DNA of 43,206 nucleotides from Alphaproteobacteria bacterium (GTDB lineage Bacteria; Pseudomonadota; Alphaproteobacteria; Bin95): NCBI GenBank assembly GCA_965205265.1, contig CBDBGH010000002.1, positions 1 to 43,206 of the forward strand, read 5' to 3'. Shown piece by piece: positions 15,565 to 23,874 of this stretch (position 1 is its first letter; each line of letters starts with the position of its first letter). The notes under the pieces were generated by a model. It saw only the letters and a program-made list of their open reading frames with translations, ran no database searches and was not told where the DNA came from. The position numbers and the translations under genes were made by a program.

Positions 15565-18468
15565 ATGTCTGATCGATCATTTCTGGAATCCTGGAGCCTG
15601 GATTTCAACGACATGGAGTTCGTTGAGGCATTCAATTTAACCAGCAAGATAGGGGTCGCCTTTCAACTGCGGTTTTTCCGGGCGCATGGGCGTTTTCCTT
15701 CCCGTGAGCAAGATCTCAGTTCCGAAGGTCTGGAGTATCTGGCCCAGCAACTGGACGTGAGGGTTCCGTTTGATCAGGAGCCCTTCGATTACCGCCACGT
15801 CAATGCTCGCCGCCACCGTGTTGCCATCCTGAAACATCTTGGGGTGCGCCGCGCCACAGATCGGGACCGCCTGGCCTTGCGCTCATGGATTGCCGAGGAT
15901 TGCCGTCAGTCAGCTCCGACTGTGGAGGAGCAAGTTGCATCGGCATATGCGTGGTGCCTCAGCAACTCGGTCTACGTCCCGTCCGACAGGATCATGGAGC
16001 GGCTGGTGCGTAGCGCCAGACATGGCTTTCTTGAGGATTTACTGGCATCGACAGCCCGGGTTCTTCCGGCTAACACGCGGCGGCAGTTGGACGGGAGCCT
16101 TTCGGAACCAAGGGAGCCTGGTGGGTTTCACCTGATGAAGAACGGGGTTGGTTCGGTTGCACTCACCAACATCCCAGGGGCCTGTGAACGCCTGACTTTT
16201 CTTGCGGGCCTCGATTTGCCCTCTGGGCATTTGGCTGGCATTGGCCCTTCATGGATATCCATGTTGTGCCGTCGTGTTGAACGCGAGAACGCTTCGGAAA
16301 TGCGGCGGCGTGGCGATGATCGTCGGATCGGCCTCTATGCCCTGTATCTCATCGATCGTCGGAAAAAGCTGACGGATGATCTGATCGATCTGTTTCTGGA
16401 AATCACGCATCGTCTTCAAACCCGCTCACGGCGAAGGGTGATTGCCAATATCGCCCGCGACATCGAACGGGTTCACGGCAAGGATCAGCTGTTGTGCGCC
16501 ATTGCGGAGGCGGCTGTTGAGGATCCGGAGGGGCGGGTCATCGATGTGATCCATCCGGTTGCCGGTGTTGCGAAGTTGAAAGCTGTGATTGAAGAGCATC
16601 GCGCCAGCGGCACTCTGGACAAGCGCATCCAGACTGTCATGCGCGGCTCCTATGCCAGCCATTGCCGCAGGATGATGCCGCCGCTCCTGTCCGTGCTGCG
16701 ATTTCGGTCAAACAATGCAGTCTGGCGTCCAATGCCCGATGCCCTTGAAAGGATCACCGAATGGCGGGAAGAGGGTCGCAGGACAGTGCCTGTCGAGCTT
16801 GCACCTGCCGGGTCCATTCCTGCAGGCTGGAAGGAGTCTGTCGTTGACGACAGGGGTCGTTTGAACGTGATTTCCTATGAAATCTGCATACTTGGCCAAC
16901 TTCGTTCCAGTATCCGCGCACGTGAGATATGGATTGAAGGCGCTGACCGCCACCGAAATCCGGACCAGGATTTGCCAGCCGATTTCGATGAGCGTCGCGA
17001 GTCCTGCTACGCCGACCTTGGCCTGCCTCAGGACGCGCAGGCCTTCGTCGCAAATATTCGTAGCCAATTGGAGCAGGAGTTACGATTGTTGAACGAGACA
17101 CTGCCAAAAAACGACAGGGTCCGATTACGGGAAACGGGGGATAACCGCATCTGTGTCACGCCTTTCGAACGCCAACCGGAGCCAGCCGGTTTGATCAGCC
17201 TGAAGAACGGGATCGGGCGAACCTGGCCAATGACAGGCCTTCTCGATGTCCTGAAGGAAACCGCCTTGGATACCCGGTTTCTGGATTGCTTCGGGAGTTC
17301 GGCAAGCCGGGAGGTGTTGCCGGAAGGTGTCCGCAACCGACGTCTGCTCCCTGCGCTTTACGGGGTTGGCACAAATGCCGGTCTCCAGCGGATTGCAACC
17401 GGAACCGAGGATGTCAGCATTGATGAACCCGCCCACGTTTACAGACGCTATGTCAACGCTGCTGCGCTGAGCGCGGCCTGCGCCAAGGTGGCCAACGCCA
17501 CACTCGCCATTCGCGATCCGGATATATGGGGTCCGGTTGGGACGGCTTGCGCGGCAGACTCTACGAAATTTGGGGCTTGGGACCGTAACCTCATGACTGA
17601 ATGGCACGTCCGCTATGGCGGTCGGGGTGTGATGGTTCACTGGCATGTCGAGCGGCGGGCAACCTGTATTTATTCGCAACTGAAGCGATGTTCATCCTCT
17701 GAAGTGGCGGCCATGATCGAGGGGGTGCTTCGTCATTGTACGGACATGGAAATCCAGCGCCAGTATGTGGATTCCCACGGGCAGAGTGTCGTGGGCTTTG
17801 CTTTTGCGCATCTTTTCAACTTCGAACTGGCTCCTAGGCTCAAGGCGATTGCAAGCCAGAAATTGATGCTGGCATCTGCCGACCAGCGCGCCAACCTGTC
17901 AAATCTCACCCCTATTCTCGCGGGCGTCGTGGACTGGGACGGGATTGCACGCCAATATGACGGGATGGTCAAATATGCTGCTGCGATGCAACATGGCACG
18001 GCCGATCCCGAGTCGATCCTGCGGCGCTTTTCCAAGGGTGATGTCATGCACCCTACATACAAGGCGCTGGCGGAACTCGGTCGGGCTGTGAAAGCAATCT
18101 TCCTTTGCCGCTATCTCCGGCTTGAGAGCTATCGCCGCGAGATCAACGAAGGTCTGAACGTGATCGAGAACTGGAACAGCGCAAACGGATTTGTGTTTTT
18201 CGGCAAGGGCGGCGAGATATCAACCAATCGGATCAACGAGCGGGAAATAGCGGCGCTGTCGCTCCAACTCGTCCAGGCATCGCTTGTCTACGTAAATACG
18301 CGCATGGTGCAGTCAGTCCTGTCCGACCCGAGTTGGGCGGAACGTATGATGCCGGAAGACATGCGAGGGCTGTCACCGTTGTTCTACAAGTACATCAATC
18401 CCTACGGCCACTTCGAATTGGACTTCGAGCAGCGCCTCGAATTCGACAGAAATTTGCAGGCCGCATAG
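15565..18468 (+). CDS. tnpA: Tn3-family transposase, 967 aa
   Basis: DDE motifs CAADSTKF, YVDSHGQS and GLNVIENWN; YEICILGQLR..IWIEGA.RHRNP; ALAELGRAVKAIFLCRYL; INPYGHF. Confidence 0.95.
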   Translation: MSDRSFLESWSLDFNDMEFVEAFNLTSKIGVAFQLRFFRAHGRFPSREQDLSSEGLEYLAQQLDVRVPFDQEPFDYRHVNARRHRVAILKHLGVRRATDRDRLALRSWIAEDCRQSAPTVEEQVASAYAWCLSNSVYVPSDRIMERLVRSARHGFLEDLLASTARVLPANTRRQLDGSLSEPREPGGFHLMKNGVGSVALTNIPGACERLTFLAGLDLPSGHLAGIGPSWISMLCRRVERENASEMRRRGDDRRIGLYALYLIDRRKKLTDDLIDLFLEITHRLQTRSRRRVIANIARDIERVHGKDQLLCAIAEAAVEDPEGRVIDVIHPVAGVAKLKAVIEEHRASGTLDKRIQTVMRGSYASHCRRMMPPLLSVLRFRSNNAVWRPMPDALERITEWREEGRRTVPVELAPAGSIPAGWKESVVDDRGRLNVISYEICILGQLRSSIRAREIWIEGADRHRNPDQDLPADFDERRESCYADLGLPQDAQAFVANIRSQLEQELRLLNETLPKNDRVRLRETGDNRICVTPFERQPEPAGLISLKNGIGRTWPMTGLLDVLKETALDTRFLDCFGSSASREVLPEGVRNRRLLPALYGVGTNAGLQRIATGTEDVSIDEPAHVYRRYVNAAALSAACAKVANATLAIRDPDIWGPVGTACAADSTKFGAWDRNLMTEWHVRYGGRGVMVHWHVERRATCIYSQLKRCSSSEVAAMIEGVLRHCTDMEIQRQYVDSHGQSVVGFAFAHLFNFELAPRLKAIASQKLMLASADQRANLSNLTPILAGVVDWDGIARQYDGMVKYAAAMQHGTADPESILRRFSKGDVMHPTYKALAELGRAVKAIFLCRYLRLESYRREINEGLNVIENWNSANGFVFFGKGGEISTNRINEREIAALSLQLVQASLVYVNTRMVQSVLSDPSWAERMMPEDMRGLSPLFYKYINPYGHFELDFEQRLEFDRNLQAA

Positions 18469-18498
18469 GCGTCATTACGGATATACCCGTAATGACGC
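18469..18498. promoter_or_regulatory. res site I of the Tn3-family element
   Basis: Perfect 12-bp inverted repeat GCGTCATTACGG-ATATAC-CCGTAATGACGC between tnpA and tnpR. Confidence 0.7.
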
Positions 18499-18587
18499 TT
18501 CCGATGAACAGGTGAACTGGCCGTTTTTGTGTCTGTTCTGGGTCTGAATCGGGATAATGGACAGATCATGTCGAGGGCACACCCAAA

Positions 18588-19145
18588 ATGAACACTTTTC
18601 AGGCCAGGATCGGATATGCGCGGACCTCGACCATCGATCAGAATCCCGATGCCCAGGTGAAGGCTCTGGAAGCAGCGGGATGTGGCGTGGTCAGGACCGA
18701 GCGGAAAAGCGGCACCACTCTGGAAGGACGCCCGGAACCGGAAACCATCCTCGACTTCATCCATCCCGGTGAGACACTGGTGGTCACCCGCATTGACCGG
18801 CTTGCCCGCAGTCTCGGCGACCTGCAGACCATCGCGACCCACCTGAAATCAAAGGGGGCGTATCTGGTTGCCACAGAGCAGCCGGTCGATACCTCCTCGG
18901 CAACAGGAAAGGCCTTCCTTGACATGCTCGGGGTTTTTGCCGAGTTCGAAACCAACCTGCGACAGGAGCGTCAGGCCGAGGGCATCGCTGCCGCAAAGCT
19001 GCGGGGTATCTACCGCGGACGGACCCCCAAAATAGACATGGCGGCCATCCAGGCCAGACTGACCGAAGGGCTCTCTCCCACAGAGATTGCGCGCGACATG
19101 GGTATCTCGCGCGGCACTGTCCACAAAGCGAAGGCATTGATGTGA
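18588..19145 (+). CDS. tnpR: Tn3-type resolvase, 185 aa
   Basis: IGYARTSTIDQ, LVVTRIDRLARS, GKAFLDMLGVFAEFETNLRQERQAEGI and an HTH. Confidence 0.92.
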   Translation: MNTFQARIGYARTSTIDQNPDAQVKALEAAGCGVVRTERKSGTTLEGRPEPETILDFIHPGETLVVTRIDRLARSLGDLQTIATHLKSKGAYLVATEQPVDTSSATGKAFLDMLGVFAEFETNLRQERQAEGIAAAKLRGIYRGRTPKIDMAAIQARLTEGLSPTEIARDMGISRGTVHKAKALM

Positions 19146-19636
19146 AAAAGAGGAACAGGAGGCGGGTTCGATCCTCAGCCAGGCGGCGGACGCCCAGCAA
19201 TGCAGACACGACCGTGATCAGGACGCCTGCATCATCCAGGGCTGTCCCACCGCGCGCTCTGACCCCGCAACTCTGTGATCGTCTGCGTCGCGACCTCATG
19301 AAGGCCTGTCGCGAAGTTGCTGAAACCCATGGGCTCACCGTCGAGGGAGGAGATCTGAGCGACATCGATCTGCGGCACGGGTTCCGTGTCGGTATCCCGA
19401 TGGAAGACGGGGTCCTCCACTCGCCGGACAAGGCCCTGTTCGAGGTTCTGGCACCACAATTCGGGTTGGAACCCTCCGATTACGGCCGGACGTTCCCGCG
19501 GGAAGGTGAACGCCATCGGATCGTGGGGATCAATCCCAACCGGCCCAAATACCCGGTCAGCGCCGAGCGGGTCGCGGATGGACGTGGATAAAGGTTTCCG
19601 GCCGAATATGTCGCGCGCTATCTGCTATATTCATAG
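19142..19636 (+). pseudogene. Transposon passenger hypothetical gene with a probable premature stop
   Basis: ORF 19142..19591 ends DGRG*, but the frame continues protein-like as RFPAEYVARYLLYS* to 19636. It overlaps the tnpR stop. Confidence 0.55.
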
Positions 19637-19690
19637 GGCGTCACGTACTCCGGATTTGTGTTCATTAATACAGCCATTTGTTCCCCATCC

Positions 19691-19734
19691 GTTCTTTCAG
19701 ATGTCCATATATGCAGCTATGGTCCGTTTAGGCC
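19691..19734 (-). repeat. Right terminal inverted repeat of the Tn3-family element
   Basis: Reverse complement GGCCTAAACGGACCATAGCTGCATATATGGACATCTGAAAGAAC, one mismatch to the left IR. Confidence 0.9.
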
Positions 19735-19850
19735 AGAAAGGTGGTACCGGTAAGACCAACCTTGCGAAGGTCTTGCTTGTTTCTTTTGGAGCCGATGGGA
19801 AATCCTGTCTCGGGATCGATCTGGATCCGCAGGCGTCGCTGTATCCGCGA
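19735..19850 (+). pseudogene. ParA N-terminal fragment interrupted by the transposon
   Basis: QKGGTGKTNLA..IDLDPQASL (deviant Walker A and A') begins right at the IR boundary. Confidence 0.7.
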
Positions 19851-20355
19851 CCTGAAATCCAGGCGGTTTCACGTCTTCGGTCTCAAAAGCGTCCCAAAAG
19901 ACCTCAAGTGCCTCGTCGGCGGCAAGGTCCGGGAACAGACCTTTATCGACAGCTGGGGCGATGTGCTGCGATGCACGGCCACGATGCGCTCCGGCAAGGT
20001 GCCGCCAAGCCGGATCCTCAAGCGATTGTCGGCCCGGCCACGCAAGAACGATCCGGCCATCGCGATGCGGGAAACCGGACAGATCGAACGGACACTGTCC
20101 ATCATCGAGTGGGCGCACGATATGGACATGCAGCGCCGGTCCACGGTCGGGCTCAACAAAGGCGAAGCACACCATTCCCTGAAGAACGCCTTGTGGATCG
20201 GCCGTCCAAGCGGGCGGGCCTGGACACGCCAGAACACCTGCTCAGGCACATCTCACCGCTCGGATGGGAGCATATTCTCCTCATAGGCCAGTACATTTGG
20301 CGCAAGATGAGCGCTGAAATCGCTTTACGATTTATCACTGAGCCGTAATCTACCC
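19850..20355 (+). pseudogene. Second Tn3-family transposase C-terminal remnant with a decayed IR
   Basis: W.DVLR..ATMRSG.VPPS.IL.RL..RPRKND.A.A.RE.G.IERTL..IEW..GLNKGEAHHSLKNAL, then HISPLGWEHILLIGQYIW after a deletion. The tail CGCTTTACGATT..CTACCC resembles a Tn3 IR. Confidence 0.8.
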
Positions 20356-20456
20356 AACGCTGGCTGCTCGCGCTGGTGTTCGGCGCGGTCGTGACGGGGA
20401 TCACGCTGGGGCTTGCGCTCGGCGGGTAGCTTTTTCCTGAAACCGCCCGGCAGTGG

Positions 20457-20759
20457 CTAGTGGAAGCCCTGGACGGATTCCATCGCGCCTATAAGCCCGT
20501 CCTTGTAGCCCTGAAGCCACGCGGCCCGCGCCGCCGCGCTTTCCATGCCGCATGCGGCCATGATCGCGCTGTGTGCCTTGACGGCGGCGTCCGCGTGAAG
20601 CGCAACCCAGTTCGCCGGAAGCGGATCGGCGGTCGGGAATGACGCGGCCTGCGCCCCCGATCCCAGCGCCTTCCCGTCGAAGCGTCCCCTGTTCTCCGCG
20701 TTGCTTCCCGGGTCCGGCCAATGGTGGTCGACTCCCAGAACAACCCGCAATCCTGACAT
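20457..20759 (-). CDS. Hypothetical protein, 100 aa
   Basis: GGAGG upstream and follows the portal-like gene; IMAACG resembles the neighbour's VLSSCGVP. Confidence 0.45.
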   Translation of the reverse strand: MSGLRVVLGVDHHWPDPGSNAENRGRFDGKALGSGAQAASFPTADPLPANWVALHADAAVKAHSAIMAACGMESAAARAAWLQGYKDGLIGAMESVQGFH

Positions 20760-20775
20760 TCCCGTTACCTCCGTT

Positions 20776-21075
20776 TCAGGTGTCGAAGCCCGCGATCTCC
20801 CAGGCTTCGTCTATGTCCACCCCGCTTTTCACCAGCTGCATAAAGGCCCTTGCGCGGCTCTGGATGTCGGCGGCGTGAACCGCCTTGAAGTCCAAAGCAA
20901 AGGAAGTGCCCGCGCTTGCGAATTCGGCCTCGATCGTCCGGGCAAGCGGTTGCAGTGTCGTATGAAGGAACTGCCTCAACGCCTCGCGCCGGCCTGCCGC
21001 GTCAACGTGCTGGAAGCCCAGCAACGCCGACGGAACGCCGCAGGACGAAAGAACCGCGTCCTGCCCATTGATCAC
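20776..21075 (-). pseudogene. Phage/satellite portal-like protein C-terminal fragment
   Basis: CGVPSALLG..REALRQFLHTTLQPLARTIEAE..LDF..AADIQSRARAF..LVKSG..EA matches the HK97-type portal C-terminal pattern. The 5' part is replaced by an IS4 remnant. Confidence 0.55.
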
Positions 21076-21560
21076 TTAGTCACTGGACAATTGCGCTTCC
21101 GGTTCCGTAAGCGGCCAGGTCGGTTCCGGATCGCCGTCGGCGGTGGTTCCGGGCGTTCATGCGTTCCGCGCGGGATAGGGATGCAGTGCGCCTGCCGCGC
21201 CGTTCGCCTCGATCCGCTCGATCGTCCGCGCCCCGGTGACAGGCCGCGTGTATCCCTCCCAGACGGTCTGGTGGCCCGGCGGGCCATCGTTCCTGCGGTT
21301 CAGGTACCCGCCGAGCCGGGCGACGGGCGGCAGGGCCTGTCCGAGCGACACCGCCTCGAGGTCCGGCGGGTCCTCCGGCCGCTCCCGGCCGGGAACCGGC
21401 ACGCCGGCGGCGGCCGCGTAGTCAGGCAGCATGGCGGTCTCCGAGGCAGGGAACATCGTGCCGGCGGGCATCCCCGGCGTGTCCCGTCCCATGAGGGTCA
21501 GGGCCGCCAGACGCCAGACGATCACGGCGTTGACGGTCACCGCCGCCTTTATCCGCGCCG
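21075..21560 (-). mobile_element. IS4-family (IS50/Tn5-like) transposase C-terminal remnant
   Basis: NAVIVWRL..LTLMGR.TP..PA..F and LGQA..VARLGGYLNR.NDGPPG.QTVWEG (ORF 21157..21540). Confidence 0.78.
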
Positions 21561-21867
21561 CGAAACTGTTTGTCTAGGAGCTATATGATCAATGGGCAGA
21601 CCGCGCCGTTGACGGCGTTCATGAGATCATGGATCTGGTCGGGTGGCTTCGGCCCGAGTCGGGTCGCCTCCTGGCGGGTGGCGATTCCGTGTCGACCCGG
21701 CACGTGCGTGTTCATATCCACTTCCTGCGGATAGGCGGCGGTGAAGACAAGCTCGCCGCTTTTCGATTTTATCCGGTCCGCGGTCTGCTTGGTGAATGCG
21801 GCACTCGATTGCGCAGCGTATCTCGGGATTGCCAGCCACAGGCAAAAACAGTGGTAAAAATGTTTGC

Positions 21868-21900
21868 ATAGCCGATAGCTATCGGATAGCTATCGGCTAT
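21868..21900. promoter_or_regulatory. Palindromic parS/operator site upstream of parA
   Basis: ATAGCCGATAGCTATC-G-GATAGCTATCGGCTAT is a perfect 33-bp palindrome containing two GATAGCTATC units. Confidence 0.75.
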
Positions 21901-21928
21901 CTTTAACAACGCAAGCAGAAGGAAACCC

Positions 21929-22606
21929 ATGCCGGTCATTTCCATGGCAAATCCGAAAGGCGGATCCGGCAAGACCACCACGGCATTGATTCTCGCGACG
22001 CAGCTGGCGGAGAGCGGAGCCTCGGTGATCATTGTCGATGCGGATCCGGAGCAGTGGATATCGCAGTGGGCTTCGCTGCCCGGGCGACCGGAGGGTGTCT
22101 CCGTCAGGGATGGAGCGACGGAGGACAGCATCATTGACCAGATCGAGGCCGCATCGCGGGAGGCACAGTTCGTGATCGTGGATCTGGAAGGTACGGCAAG
22201 CCTGATGGTCGCCAGCGCTGTCGGCATGTCGGATCTGGTCCTGATACCGATGCAGGGTTCCTCCATGGACGCGAGGGGAGGGGCCAAGACACTCCGGCTT
22301 ATCGGGAACCAAGCCAGAATGGTCCGCCGAGATATACCGCACAGCGTGGTCCTGACCCGGACCAGCGCCGCCATGCGCTCGCGCGCCCTCAGGAATGTGC
22401 AAGACCAGCTCCGGGAAAATGGGATCGACGTCCTGCAGACCGGTCTTGTGGAACGCGCGGCCTTCCGCGACCTGCTGGAGTTCGGCGGAACCCTGTCCGG
22501 ACTGGGCCCGGAACAGGCGAGCAATGTCGGGAAGGCGATCCGGAATGCCCGGAAATTTGCTGGGGAGGTCATCAAAAGGCTCAGGGAGGTCACGGAACAG
22601 GTATGA
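21929..22606 (+). CDS. parA: ParA-family partition ATPase (short, type Ib-like), 225 aa
   Basis: ISMANPKGGSGKTT, IVDADP, FVIVDLEG, DLVLIP, ERAAFR; AGGA RBS. Confidence 0.93.
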   Translation: MPVISMANPKGGSGKTTTALILATQLAESGASVIIVDADPEQWISQWASLPGRPEGVSVRDGATEDSIIDQIEAASREAQFVIVDLEGTASLMVASAVGMSDLVLIPMQGSSMDARGGAKTLRLIGNQARMVRRDIPHSVVLTRTSAAMRSRALRNVQDQLRENGIDVLQTGLVERAAFRDLLEFGGTLSGLGPEQASNVGKAIRNARKFAGEVIKRLREVTEQV

Positions 22607-22929
22607 CGGTTGAACGGGCGGATCTGGGATTTGGTGCGGCGCTCGGGAATCTGGAGGAATTCTCCCCGAAACCCAAAGCAGCCCCGAAGACAGGCACGGA
22701 ACAGGCGGCGGAGGCGGCGGGGTTCAGGAGTCGGGAATCCAGGGCGCATCAGGGCCCGGGGCGAGTACGCGGGCGCCGCACCGGCAGGAACGCCCAGTTC
22801 AATCTCAAGGTGAGGCCGGAAACGATAGAGGAGTTCAGCAGGATAGCCGACGACAACGGCTGGGGGCTGGGCGAGACGCTGGAACGGGCGGTCGCACTCC
22901 TGCAGCGGGAGTACGGCGGTGGAAACTGA
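22603..22929 (+). CDS. Small partition/stability protein (RHH-type ParA partner), 108 aa
   Basis: Coupled to parA (ATGA). RRTGRNAQFNLKV.PETIEEF..IAD..GWGLGETLERAV.LL is a ribbon-helix-helix-like C-terminus. Confidence 0.8.
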   Translation: MTVERADLGFGAALGNLEEFSPKPKAAPKTGTEQAAEAAGFRSRESRAHQGPGRVRGRRTGRNAQFNLKVRPETIEEFSRIADDNGWGLGETLERAVALLQREYGGGN

Positions 22930-23280
22930 ACCAGAACAGGCGGCTGCGGTCAGCGCCCCGGACTGGCATGCCTGCCGAATCCACGGCTATCGGTTCCTTT
23001 CCGTTCCCCGATCGACGGAAGGGATGCCTAGGCGGTCTGCAACCATGTCACCACAGTAGCGGCCAGCCGACTTCCGCCGACGCGGGCCGGGGCGCGGTAT
23101 TTGGCGGACCAGCGAGAGCTCCGGATTGCCGCCTCCCCTCCGGTATCCTGTATCCGGAGGGCAAACCTTTCCTTTCCGTCCGCTCCACCCGGCAGTCGAT
23201 ATCCGGTCATACGGTGCATCGCTGCGACCGGCCGGTGTTGAATCCCGCATTGTTTCGTCCTGAGTGCCCGTTCCATTGCT

Positions 23281-23430
23281 GATTGCGTACTCGTATGGAA
23301 ATTCGACTGGTCCGCCCGCTCCATGCGCCACCTTCTGGCAGCCCTTTAGGAGTTCGACCACCTCGGTGTGCGCTTCTTCGCCAGCTCGGCTGCGTATCCA
23401 GACCTACGGCCATAGCGGAACTGGCGTCGT
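23281..23430 (+). pseudogene. Degenerate fragment of the plasmid resolvase gene (about 11843-12029)
   Basis: CTCGTATGGAAATTCGAC.GG.CGCCCGCTC..CACCTTCTGGC.GCCCTT.AGGAGTTCGACCACCTCGG.GTGCGCTTC matches 11851-11938, with an in-frame TAG. Confidence 0.85.
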
Positions 23431-23603
23431 CGCATGAATATATGCCCGGACCTCCCTGTGGCCGGATTCATGGTTTCACGATGTTGGGAATTCACATTTG
23501 ATTGAGGTCGACAACAATCTGGATCATAGAAATATCATTTAATATCAGTTGTTTGAAATGTGTACTCACTGCAACGTTGGAACCCTGATGAAGAAGCCCC
23601 TTA

Positions 23604-23632
23604 TTGACAAAATGTTGCAGATGATTTATAAT
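23604..23632 (+). promoter_or_regulatory. Consensus sigma70 promoter of the RiPP operon
   Basis: TTGACA (23604-09), N17, TATAAT (23627-32), within an AT-rich tract. Confidence 0.85.
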
Positions 23633-23680
23633 AAGGGAATGCTGGCAATTGGTCAGCATACCAACAGAAGGAGTTCTCCG

Positions 23681-23806
23681 ATGAAGAAGATCGTGATGTA
23701 CTCCAGCAGTGATCGTGTCCGGGGCCACTGGCAGTTGGGCGCGGCTATCTCGGCCGGCCGGAGCACCAGTAGTTCTAGTACCTGCTGCTGCAGCTGTAGC
23801 CGTTAG
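23681..23806 (+). CDS. RiPP (LAP/TOMM) precursor peptide, 41 aa: MKKIVMYSSSDRVRGHWQLGAAISAGRSTSSSSTCCCSCSR
   Basis: AAGGAG RBS at 23668-73; downstream of the promoter; Ser/Thr/Cys-only core; directly upstream of YcaO and SagB genes. Confidence 0.9.
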   Translation: MKKIVMYSSSDRVRGHWQLGAAISAGRSTSSSSTCCCSCSR

Positions 23807-23819
23807 GCGAGTTTGATGT

Positions 23820-23854
23820 GTGTGGCCGGCGGGGTCGTCGGCCACACTTTGTTT
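23820..23854 (+). terminator. Intrinsic terminator/attenuator between precursor and enzyme genes
   Basis: 12-bp stem GTGTGGCCGGCG/CGTCGGCCACAC with a GGGT loop, followed by TTTGTTT. Confidence 0.7.
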
Positions 23855-23874
23855 CAAGCTCTTTGGTTTGGAAA

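Larger units (their letters stand above)
15445..19734 (+). mobile_element. Tn3-family transposon, 4,290 bp (tnpA-res-tnpR-hypothetical)
   Basis: Bounded by 44-bp inverted repeats (43/44 identical) and contains a Tn3 transposase, a res site and a resolvase. No target-site duplication (TGGAA vs AGAAA). Confidence 0.9.

Noticed and set aside
19386-20348. 320-aa ORF as a real ParA-like gene
   Set aside because: It reads through the transposon IR, a short parA fragment and an out-of-frame tnpA remnant. It is a chance chimera.
22930-23280. Short ORFs between the par locus and the RiPP island
   Set aside because: No RBS or motif support on either strand. Likely degraded sequence.
23549-23680. 85-aa version of the precursor starting at 23549
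   Set aside because: It would start upstream of the promoter. The AAGGAG RBS supports ATG 23681.
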